64,000 nt of DNA from Neglectibacter timonensis (GTDB lineage: Bacteria; Bacillota; Clostridia; Oscillospirales; Acutalibacteraceae): the NCBI RefSeq assembly GCF_900048895.1, contig NZ_LT160640.1, forward strand, positions 1,068,758 through 1,132,757. The letters are read 5' to 3'. Under the pieces are notes generated by a model, which worked only from the letters and a program-made list of their open reading frames with translations, searched no databases and was not told where the DNA came from. Position 1 is the stretch's first letter, and each line of letters opens with the position of its first letter. Below, piece by piece: positions 18,177 through 25,934 of the stretch. A program made the position numbers and the translations under genes.

Positions 18177-20321
18177 ATGGGTCTTTCCAAAGACTCCACA
18201 GGCATCAAGGCCGCATCAACAGAGCTGGTAATCAAGAAAGTCAATGAGACCGATCATGTCATTGCACTGGCGGGAAATCCAAACGTGGGCAAAAGCACGG
18301 TGTTCAATGAACTGACCGGCCTCCACCAACATACGGGGAATTGGCCCGGAAAAACTGTCACCAACGCCCAGGGATACTGTACCTACAGGAACCGGGGATA
18401 TGTATTGGTGGACCTTCCAGGCTGTTACTCTCTGATGGCCCATTCGGCAGAAGAGGAGGTGGCCCGGGACTTCATCTGTTTCGGAGGCGCCGACGCAGCA
18501 GTGGTGGTATGTGACGCCACCTGTCTGGAACGAAATTTGAACCTTGTGCTGCAGACCATGGAGATCACCAGGAACACCGTGGTATGCGTCAACCTGCTGG
18601 ACGAGGCGAAAAAGAAACGGATTAAGGTAGATCTCGAAAAACTTTCTCAGCTTCTGGGAGTCCCCGTAGTGGGAACTGCGGCCCGCAGCCGCAAGGGCCT
18701 CGACAAGCTGCTTCAAGCCATGAGTTCCGCTGCGGGCAAGGAGTCCCTCCCCCGTTCCCCTGTGGTGACCTACTCCGAGAAGACAGAACAGGCGCTGGGC
18801 AGGCTGACCCCTCTGGTGAATAAAATCTGCGGAGACGCCGTTGATCCTCGTTGGCTCTCCCTGAAACTGCTGGAGCGGGAAGAGAACCTTCTTGTATCGA
18901 TCGGCAAATATCTGGGGTTTTCCCCACAGGAAAACCCGGAGATTTCCGAAGCTCTCTGTCAGGTGTGGGAGGAACTGGCCAAAGCGGGCTGGACGCCGGA
19001 AGAGCTGAAGGATGATCTGGTTTCCGGCGTGGTGCAGCAGGCCGAACGGCTGGCCCGGGCAGTGGTGACCGTAGAGCATGAGGGGTACAACGCCCGCGAC
19101 AAGCGCATCGACCGCATTCTCACCAGCAAGCTCACAGGATTCCCCATCATGTTTCTGGTTCTCCTGGTCATTTTCTGGCTCACCATCACCGGGGCAAACT
19201 ACCCCTCCGAGCTGCTGAGCGGCGGCCTGTTCTGGCTCGGCGACCGATTCAGAGAGCTGCTTCTGCTGTGCAGCGCTCCGGAATGGCTGGTCGGAGTGGT
19301 GGTGGACGGCGTCTACCGCACCCTTGCCTGGGTGGTTTCCGTAATGCTGCCTCCTATGGCCATTTTCTTCCCCTTATTCACCCTGCTGGAGGATTTGGGC
19401 TATCTTCCCCGGGTGGCCTTTAACCTGGACAAATGCTTTCAAAAATGTGGAGCCTGCGGAAAGCAGGCATTGACGACGTGTATGGGATTTGGCTGCAATG
19501 CCGCCGGCGTAATCGGCTGCCGCATCATTGATTCCCCAAGGGAACGGCTGATCGCCATGATCACCAACAGCTTTGTGCCCTGCAATGGCCGTTTTCCCAC
19601 GCTCATCGCCATCATCACCATGTTCTTCGTAAGCACTGCCGGAGGCTTCGGCGCTTCGGTACTCTCCTCCATGCTGCTGGTCGCCGTGATTGTTTTCGGC
19701 GTGCTGATGACCTTTGCCGTATCCAAGCTGCTTTCTAAAACCATTTTGAAGGGCATCCCCTCTTCCTTCACGCTGGAGCTTCCTCCCTACCGGACGCCGC
19801 AGGTGGGGAAGGTGATCGTGCGTTCCATCTTTGACCGCACCCTTTTTGTTCTGGGCCGAGCCGCGTCGGTAGCCGCTCCGGCCGGGCTCATCATCTGGAT
19901 TATGGCGAACGTTCAATTGGGGGACGCCACTCTGCTGGCCCATTGTTCCGGATTCCTGGACCCCTTTGCAAAACTGCTGGGGTTGGACGGCGTCATCCTG
20001 CTGGCCTTTATCCTCGGCCTGCCCGCCAATGAAATTGTAGTCCCCATCATCATCATGGCTTATATGGCCCAGGGTTCCCTGGTGGAGATGACCGACCTCA
20101 ACGCCCTGAAAACCCTGCTTGTAGAGAACGGCTGGACCTGGGTAACCGCCATATGCACCATGCTGTTTTCCCTGATGCACTGGCCCTGCTCCACCACCTG
20201 CATGACCATCAAAAAAGAGACGCAGAGCCTGAAATGGACTGTGGTCGCTTTCCTGGCGCCCACGCTGGCAGGCCTTGTAGTATGCTTCCTGGTCGCCTCT
20301 CTCTCAAAACTTTTTTTGTGA
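18177..20321 (+). CDS. feoB: Ferrous iron transporter B (FeoB: N-terminal GTPase plus C-terminal permease)
   Basis: The G-domain motifs IALAGNPNVGKSTVFN, DLPG and VNLLD are followed by a polytopic Gate-domain permease of 714 aa. Confidence 0.93.
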   Translation: MGLSKDSTGIKAASTELVIKKVNETDHVIALAGNPNVGKSTVFNELTGLHQHTGNWPGKTVTNAQGYCTYRNRGYVLVDLPGCYSLMAHSAEEEVARDFICFGGADAAVVVCDATCLERNLNLVLQTMEITRNTVVCVNLLDEAKKKRIKVDLEKLSQLLGVPVVGTAARSRKGLDKLLQAMSSAAGKESLPRSPVVTYSEKTEQALGRLTPLVNKICGDAVDPRWLSLKLLEREENLLVSIGKYLGFSPQENPEISEALCQVWEELAKAGWTPEELKDDLVSGVVQQAERLARAVVTVEHEGYNARDKRIDRILTSKLTGFPIMFLVLLVIFWLTITGANYPSELLSGGLFWLGDRFRELLLLCSAPEWLVGVVVDGVYRTLAWVVSVMLPPMAIFFPLFTLLEDLGYLPRVAFNLDKCFQKCGACGKQALTTCMGFGCNAAGVIGCRIIDSPRERLIAMITNSFVPCNGRFPTLIAIITMFFVSTAGGFGASVLSSMLLVAVIVFGVLMTFAVSKLLSKTILKGIPSSFTLELPPYRTPQVGKVIVRSIFDRTLFVLGRAASVAAPAGLIIWIMANVQLGDATLLAHCSGFLDPFAKLLGLDGVILLAFILGLPANEIVVPIIIMAYMAQGSLVEMTDLNALKTLLVENGWTWVTAICTMLFSLMHWPCSTTCMTIKKETQSLKWTVVAFLAPTLAGLVVCFLVASLSKLFL

Positions 20322-20392
20322 GGTCTTATATTTCAAATAATTGACGGCAAAAAAGGGAACACTGGAAACAAAACGTGAAAGGAAGGATCATC

Positions 20393-20830
20393 ATGATCGA
20401 AGAAGATACCGTCAAGCTCCTGAGGGAATGCAATTCCGGCATCAAAATGGGTGTGGAAAGCATCGATGAAATGCTGCCGAAGGTAAAAGACAGCGGCCTG
20501 CGCTCCGCTCTGGAGGAATCCCGCCAGGCCCACGGCAAGCTGGGAGACCGCACCCATTCCCTTTTAAACGAATACCATGACGAAGGAAAGGATCCCAGCC
20601 CCATGGCCAAAGGTATGTCCTGGATGAAGACCAACATGAAGCTTCTGGTGGAAGAAGACAGCGACAAAGCCGTGGCTGATTTGATTACAGACGGCTGCAA
20701 CATGGGCATGAAGTCTCTGAACCGTTATTTAAATCAGTATCAGGCTGCGGAAGAGCAGGTTAAGGATATTGCCAAGGATTTGGTAGGACTGGAGCAGGAT
20801 CTGGTAAAGGACGTCCGTCCCTTCCTCTGA
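20393..20830 (+). CDS. Hypothetical cytoplasmic protein (145 aa, helical) downstream of feoB
   Basis: The ORF opens MIEEDTVKLLRECNSGIKMGVESIDEMLPKV. A GAAAGGAAGG RBS lies 6 nt before the ATG at 20393. No family could be assigned from memory. Confidence 0.5.
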   Translation: MIEEDTVKLLRECNSGIKMGVESIDEMLPKVKDSGLRSALEESRQAHGKLGDRTHSLLNEYHDEGKDPSPMAKGMSWMKTNMKLLVEEDSDKAVADLITDGCNMGMKSLNRYLNQYQAAEEQVKDIAKDLVGLEQDLVKDVRPFL

Positions 20831-20854
20831 TTCAGCAAAATCACCCTCAAAACA

Positions 20855-20897
20855 GGAAAGGGCTGCCGCGAAGCAAATTTCCGCGGCAGCCCTTTCC
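20855..20897. terminator. Bidirectional Rho-independent terminator between convergent genes
   Basis: The sequence ggaaagggctgccgcg-aagcaaattt-ccgcggcagccctttcc forms a 16-bp perfect stem. Confidence 0.7.
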
Positions 20898-20919
20898 ATT
20901 GAACAATCCTTGAAAAACC

Positions 20920-21801
20920 TTAGTTTCCCATTGGGTAATACTGCTGATGAATCCCCTCCTGAAACTGATAGCCCAGCTCCTTCCGGTACTGCTGGGGGCT
21001 TTTTCCCATCTGGCGGTGAAAGCTGTAGCCGAACTGCTGCCTGCTGTTGTAGCCGGTTTCGCAGGCGATGTCCGTAATGCTCAGCTCGCTGTTTTTCAGG
21101 AGGAAACAGGCCTTTTCGATACGCAGCCGGTTGGCGTACGCCATAACGCCGCAGCCGAAATGGGTGGAAAACAGCGTCTGCAGATAGGCCTGGTTCAGCC
21201 CCACAGACTCCGCCACTTCCTTGACGCAGATGTCCCGGTCAAAATGCCGAAGCAGGTATTCCTTTGCTTGATTTACATATTTGGCTCCCACGCTGCTCTC
21301 CCTCTCCCTGCCGGCGCAGGAGGAAAGCTCCAGCAAAAGCCGGGCAAGCAAAAGCTCAGTCAGGCAGGAATCATGGTTTCCCGGGTTTTGCAGCGCTTCC
21401 AGCAGATCCCGCAGCGCGCCGCAGACATTTCCCCCGTCGTAGAGAAACAGGACGGGAGCCTCCTTTTTCAGAAAAGTTCGGAAGGAGACGCTTTTTTCCT
21501 GTAACTTCCCCAAATCCAGGCCGAATTCTTCAGGGGAACAGCTGAATTCCAGGTTCAAAAGCGTGCAGGGCGAGCCGCTGTCCACATTCAGGGAATGGGG
21601 CACCAATTGATCCAGAAAAACAAAGTTTTTCTGCCCCAGCTTTTCCCTTCTTTCCCGGGCTTCCACCCAGCATTCCCCATCCACCACGTACATGATCTCA
21701 CAGCGCGGGTGGCTGTGCAGGCCCATGTGGAATTCCCGTATCTGCGCGCCATAATAGGCCTCCACATTCGCATGCCTGTTATCCGCATAGTAGATGCTCA
21801 C
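20920..21801 (-). CDS. AraC-family transcriptional regulator (cupin sensor plus AraC HTH)
   Basis: The C-terminus carries the AraC signature ...AYANRLRIEKACFLLKNSELSITDIACETGYNSRQQFGYSFHRQMGKSP. It is divergent from the GH4 glycosidase gene. Confidence 0.85.
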   Translation of the reverse strand: MSIYYADNRHANVEAYYGAQIREFHMGLHSHPRCEIMYVVDGECWVEARERREKLGQKNFVFLDQLVPHSLNVDSGSPCTLLNLEFSCSPEEFGLDLGKLQEKSVSFRTFLKKEAPVLFLYDGGNVCGALRDLLEALQNPGNHDSCLTELLLARLLLELSSCAGRERESSVGAKYVNQAKEYLLRHFDRDICVKEVAESVGLNQAYLQTLFSTHFGCGVMAYANRLRIEKACFLLKNSELSITDIACETGYNSRQQFGYSFHRQMGKSPQQYRKELGYQFQEGIHQQYYPMGN

Positions 21802-21980
21802 CGCTTCTCCTCCCTTTTTTCAACAGTTTCATTTTAGCTCTATCCGAAAAGAAATACAACGATTTCTTCCATTTTTATTCCTTTTTCCAAGCATTCATTC
21901 CACCCCGCGTCCCATAATTTCCTATGATAGGGCAAAAGGAACCTCTAGGATTCCGAATTCTGAAGGGAGAGAATCAAACT

Positions 21981-23450
21981 ATGAGTTTTAAATTGGCCAT
22001 TATCGGCGCGGGCAGCCTCGTCTTCGCCCGGACCCTCTTTACGGACATCATGTCCGTTCCCGAATTCCGCGGCATTGATATCGCCTTTACCGATATCAAC
22101 GCTGACAATCTGGAAAAGGTTACCCTGCTCTGCCAGCGCGATTTGGAGGCAAATGGGATTTCTACCAAAATCCAATCCACGCTGGACCGCCGGGAGGCCT
22201 TCCGGGGCGCCAGATACATTGTCAACTGCGTACGGATCGGCTGCCTGGAGGGCTTTGAAACCGACGTGGACATCCCGCTGAAATACGGCGTGGACCAGTG
22301 TGTGGGCGATACGCTCTGCACCGGGGGCATCATGTACGGACAGCGCACCATCGCTGAACTTCTGGCTTTCTGCAAAGACATCCGCGAAGTGGCGGAGCCC
22401 GGCGCCCTGCTGCTGAACTACTCCAACCCCAACGCCATGGCCACCTGGGCCTGCAATAAATACGGAAAAGTACATACCATCGGCCTGTGCCACGGAGAGA
22501 TCCATGGCGAGCACCAGATCGCGGAGATTTTGGGAATCCCTCATAAGGAACTGGACTTCATCTGTGCCGGTATCAATCATCAGACCTGGTACGTCTCGGT
22601 CAAGCACCACGGCGTGGAAATGCTGGACCGTATCCGCGCCGAATTCGGAAACCACCCAGTTTACAGCAAGCAGGAAAAAGTGCGGCTGGATATTCTCAAA
22701 CGGTTTGGCTACTACTCCACGGAGTCCAACGGCCATCTGTCCGAATATGTGTCCTGGTACCGGAAGCGCCCGGAGGAGATCGAGCAGTGGATCGACACCT
22801 CAGACTGGATTCACGGGGAGACAGGCGGCTACCTGCGGCAGACCCGGGAGGAACGCAACTGGTTTGAGACGGATTACCCGAAAATCCTCCAAGATCCTCC
22901 CAAGAAATACGACGGCTCCTGCCGCGGAAAAGAGCACGGCTCCTATATCATGGAAGCCCTTGAAACCGGACGTGTGTACCGGGGACACATGAACGTGATG
23001 AATGAGGGCTGTATTTCGAACCTGCCCTATGAATGCGTCGTTGAGGTTCCCTGCTATGTGGATGGCAACGGTATCTCGGTACCCAAGGTAGGCGACCTGC
23101 CGCTGGGCTGCGCTGCCATTTGCTCCCAGTCTATCTGGGTACAGAAGCTGGCTGTGGAAGCCGCCGTTTCCGGAGATGTGATGCTCCTGAAACAGGCCGC
23201 CATGATGGATCCCCTGACCGGCGCAGTCTGCAATCCTCCTGAAATTTCCCAGATGATCGACGAAATGCTGATCGCTCAGGAGCAGTGGCTGCCCCAATAC
23301 GGCGAAGCCATTCAGGCGGCAAAAGATTACTTTGCAAAAGGCGACGTCATTCCCACGAAAGAGGGATACCGCGGCGCTGTCCGCCTGCGCGAGCTCTCCG
23401 CGGAAGAGGTGGCGGCCAAACGCGAGGGACGCACCATCACCGCAGAATAA
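21981..23450 (+). CDS. Glycoside hydrolase family 4 enzyme (NAD+/Mn2+-dependent alpha-galactosidase or alpha-glucosidase, MelA/AglA-like)
   Basis: The product opens MSFKLAIIGAGSLVFARTL (Rossmann) and contains ...NYSNPNAMATWACNKYGKVHTIGLCHG... and the conserved Cys-His region of GH4. A GAAGGGAGAG RBS is present. Confidence 0.88.
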   Translation: MSFKLAIIGAGSLVFARTLFTDIMSVPEFRGIDIAFTDINADNLEKVTLLCQRDLEANGISTKIQSTLDRREAFRGARYIVNCVRIGCLEGFETDVDIPLKYGVDQCVGDTLCTGGIMYGQRTIAELLAFCKDIREVAEPGALLLNYSNPNAMATWACNKYGKVHTIGLCHGEIHGEHQIAEILGIPHKELDFICAGINHQTWYVSVKHHGVEMLDRIRAEFGNHPVYSKQEKVRLDILKRFGYYSTESNGHLSEYVSWYRKRPEEIEQWIDTSDWIHGETGGYLRQTREERNWFETDYPKILQDPPKKYDGSCRGKEHGSYIMEALETGRVYRGHMNVMNEGCISNLPYECVVEVPCYVDGNGISVPKVGDLPLGCAAICSQSIWVQKLAVEAAVSGDVMLLKQAAMMDPLTGAVCNPPEISQMIDEMLIAQEQWLPQYGEAIQAAKDYFAKGDVIPTKEGYRGAVRLRELSAEEVAAKREGRTITAE

Positions 23451-23490
23451 AGCAAACCTTCGCCAGTCGCCCGCAGCCTGGCGGCGAAAC

Positions 23491-23535
23491 GAGGAAGCCT
23501 CAGGTTTTTTCCTGAGGCTTCCTCACTGTTTTTAT
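23491..23535 (+). terminator. Rho-independent terminator after the GH4 gene
   Basis: The sequence gaggaagcctcagg-tttttt-cctgaggcttcctc forms a 14-bp stem, followed by actgttttta. Confidence 0.7.
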
Positions 23536-23536
23536 C

Positions 23537-24145
23537 TTAAGGCTTTTGGTACAGCTCCCTTTTCTTCAGGCCGAATCTTTTGGCGCCCCGGATCCAGCTC
23601 TGATTCCCGGCAGCCAGATAAAGCCATCTGGGGAGCCCCACGCTGGCAAATTGGAGAGAGGGAAGCTCTTCCTTCCGGTTCACCGCCTCCGCCAGCGAGG
23701 AAATAACTCCGGTAAGCGGTTTGAGCAGCGCTTCCGGCATCTCCGCGAAGCCTCCGGCGCCGCCCAGGCCGACGCCGCCCTGCCAGGAAATCCCCGCTTT
23801 CCTGCAAAAACAAGATACCTGCTCCAAGGCAATCCGGTTTTGTTCCCCCTCGTAAAAGCCGCACTGAGCAACGGCATAGAGAGACAGGGCCCTCCTTTGC
23901 TGCTCCCTGCGGTCCATCTCCCATTCCATAAAAAAGCGCAGCAAATGAGAGGGCAGACTATCCACATACAGCGGGAAAATCACGACGGCGGCTTCACAGT
24001 CTGCCAGCGCCTCCCAAGTCTCCGGCCCGGTTCTGACAGTATCCACCCGGACGCAGGGGCCTGTAAGCCGTTTCTCCAGAAGCTGCAGAATCTTCTCCGA
24101 ATTACCCCCCGCCGCTTTCGGACTGCCGTGAATCAACGCGGTCAC
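23537..24145 (-). CDS. Flavodoxin-like NAD(P)H-dependent FMN reductase family protein
   Basis: The product begins MTALIHGSPKAAGGNSEKILQ, the GSPxxxGNS phosphate-binding loop of NADPH-dependent FMN reductase/flavodoxin-fold proteins. Its start overlaps the upstream paralog's stop (ATGA). Confidence 0.7.
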   Translation of the reverse strand: MTALIHGSPKAAGGNSEKILQLLEKRLTGPCVRVDTVRTGPETWEALADCEAAVVIFPLYVDSLPSHLLRFFMEWEMDRREQQRRALSLYAVAQCGFYEGEQNRIALEQVSCFCRKAGISWQGGVGLGGAGGFAEMPEALLKPLTGVISSLAEAVNRKEELPSLQFASVGLPRWLYLAAGNQSWIRGAKRFGLKKRELYQKP

Positions 24146-24654
24146 AGCTCTCCCTCCCTTTCAAACGCCAGTTCCTCCGGCGAACGGCCGAGCCGTACCG
24201 TAACGCTCTGTGCGTTCAGATTCAGTCCGTTGGCCTCCGCCAGCCGCCGGAAGACGGCCTGTTCTTCCGGGGAAACTTCCTCTCCATACCCGAAAACCCG
24301 CAGCCGGAACCTGTCGGGATAGCGGGGCTTGTGATGCATCTCTCCCTTTCGTAGCTCAAAGAAGGGCAGAATGTACCCGATGTTCCGGTCCAGCACATTC
24401 TTGACAAAGGGACTGAACCCACCGTAAACCACCCGGCTCAGGATGAGATATTCCCCGCAGGCTCCAAGGCGTTTTCCAAAATCGCCATACCCATCCGGAA
24501 TAACGCATTTTCCAGGCGTTTTGCACCAGCAGCCAAAGCAGCCGACGCAGTTACGGACCGGTCCCTCCTCCCCGACAATGAAGCTGTCCCGTGCCAACTT
24601 CGGGTACAGGCTTTCAAACCGGGAGGGCTCCAAATCGTGCAGCACTACTTTCAT
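24142..24654 (-). CDS. Flavodoxin-like oxidoreductase paralog with a CxxCxxCx5C cysteine cluster (iron-sulfur-flavoprotein-like)
   Basis: The NCVGCFGCWCKTPGKCVIPD motif is followed by YLILSRVVYGGFSPFVKNVLDR, which matches the Isf/NADPH-dependent FMN reductase core. The usual N-terminal GSPR loop is degenerate. An AGGAGG RBS is present. Confidence 0.65.
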   Translation of the reverse strand: MKVVLHDLEPSRFESLYPKLARDSFIVGEEGPVRNCVGCFGCWCKTPGKCVIPDGYGDFGKRLGACGEYLILSRVVYGGFSPFVKNVLDRNIGYILPFFELRKGEMHHKPRYPDRFRLRVFGYGEEVSPEEQAVFRRLAEANGLNLNAQSVTVRLGRSPEELAFEREGEL

Positions 24655-24667
24655 AGCTTCCTCCTAT

Positions 24668-24682
24668 GTTTACAACGTAAAC
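24668..24682. promoter_or_regulatory. Putative TetR operator between the -10 element and RBS of the flavodoxin-like operon
   Basis: GTTTAC-AAC-GTAAAC is a perfect palindrome. It lies downstream of a TTGACA-17-TATGCT promoter on the minus strand and overlaps the divergent tetR promoter region. Confidence 0.5.
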
Positions 24683-24787
24683 TTAGATGCAAAACAAGCA
24701 TACCACCAAATATTACCATTGTCAACATTGTTTTTTTTCAGTACACCTGCTATACTGAAGCCATTCTGAGAGGCATGGAGGATTTCA

Positions 24788-25390
24788 ATGGAAAAGAAAG
24801 CTTATCACCATGAAAACTTGAGGCAGGAGCTGATCGACGCCGGGGTGAAAATCGTCGCCCAGGAGGGCATCCGGGCCCTTTCCCTGCGGCGTCTTGCGGC
24901 GGAATGCAATGTCAGCCATGCGGCGCCCTACAAGCATTTCAAAAATAAAGACGACATTTTGGCGGCGCTGACGCAGCCCGTTCAGCAGCTGTTTGCTCAG
25001 AAGCTGCTGGACGGGCTGAACGCCCTGGAGAACAGCGATCCCCAGGAACGCCTGGTGGAGATGGGCGTCAACTATGTACGCTTCATGGTGGAAAACCCGG
25101 AATACCTGAAATTTTTGTTTTTCACCGGGGTGACCGGCCGGGCGGAACCGGAACAGCTTTCTCCGGACGCCGCCGCATGCGGAGACCCTCTCGCCATCTT
25201 TCGGGACACGGCCGTAACCTATCTCCAAAGCGCAGGGGTAGATTCCAAGCATTACGAGTATGATTTGATCGCCATGTGGGGCCTTGTCCACGGCCTTTCC
25301 GTAATGCGGGTGAACAGAAACTGGGTTCCGGCAGAGCCCTATCCGGAGGCCGTCCGCACCATCCTGCGGGACCGGGTGGCGTTTCTCTGA
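24788..25390 (+). CDS. TetR/AcrR-family transcriptional regulator
   Basis: The N-terminal HTH ...IRALSLRRLAAECNVSHAAPYKHFKNKDDIL is the TetR_N signature. The gene is divergent from the tandem flavodoxin-like genes. Confidence 0.88.
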   Translation: MEKKAYHHENLRQELIDAGVKIVAQEGIRALSLRRLAAECNVSHAAPYKHFKNKDDILAALTQPVQQLFAQKLLDGLNALENSDPQERLVEMGVNYVRFMVENPEYLKFLFFTGVTGRAEPEQLSPDAAACGDPLAIFRDTAVTYLQSAGVDSKHYEYDLIAMWGLVHGLSVMRVNRNWVPAEPYPEAVRTILRDRVAFL

Positions 25391-25469
25391 AACCGTCTGC
25401 CCGTATTTTCCCGGCGGAATCGGCATATACTGACAGCGAGACAACTGAACGCGGGAAGGAGCCGATCCC

Positions 25470-25934
25470 ATGATAAAACTGAAGCCTCTTCTGCTGAGCC
25501 TTTTGATCAGCCTGGGAACAGGCGGGCTGGCAGCCCTGTTTACCGGAAATTCCATGGAATTCTACCAAAGCCTGAAGCAGCCGCCCCTCTCCCCGCCGGG
25601 CTGGGTATTTCCTCTGGCCTGGACCATCCTCTATTCCCTCATGGGCGTTGCTGCCTATCTGGTGTGGATGCGGGACAGTACCGGCCGGAACGGGGCCCTG
25701 TTTTTCTACGGGCTGCAGTTGATTTTTAACTTCGTCTGGCCACTGCTCTTCTTCAACGCCCGTGCCTATCTGGCCTCCCTCATCTGGCTCCTGCTGCTCT
25801 GGGTTCTCATCCTCATCACCACGGCCCGTTTTTTTCAGGAAACAAAGGCGGCCGGCTGGCTGATGATCCCCTATCTGCTCTGGGTTGCCTTCGCCGGCTA
25901 CCTCAACGCCGGCGTCTGGCTGCTCAACGGCTAA
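25470..25934 (+). CDS. tspO: TspO/MBR family tryptophan-rich sensory protein
   Basis: The 154-aa, 5-TM product has the conserved W-rich pattern (PPLSPPGWVFPLAWTILYSLMGVAAYLVW...WPLLFF...LLWV...AGYLN). Confidence 0.88.
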   Translation: MIKLKPLLLSLLISLGTGGLAALFTGNSMEFYQSLKQPPLSPPGWVFPLAWTILYSLMGVAAYLVWMRDSTGRNGALFFYGLQLIFNFVWPLLFFNARAYLASLIWLLLLWVLILITTARFFQETKAAGWLMIPYLLWVAFAGYLNAGVWLLNG

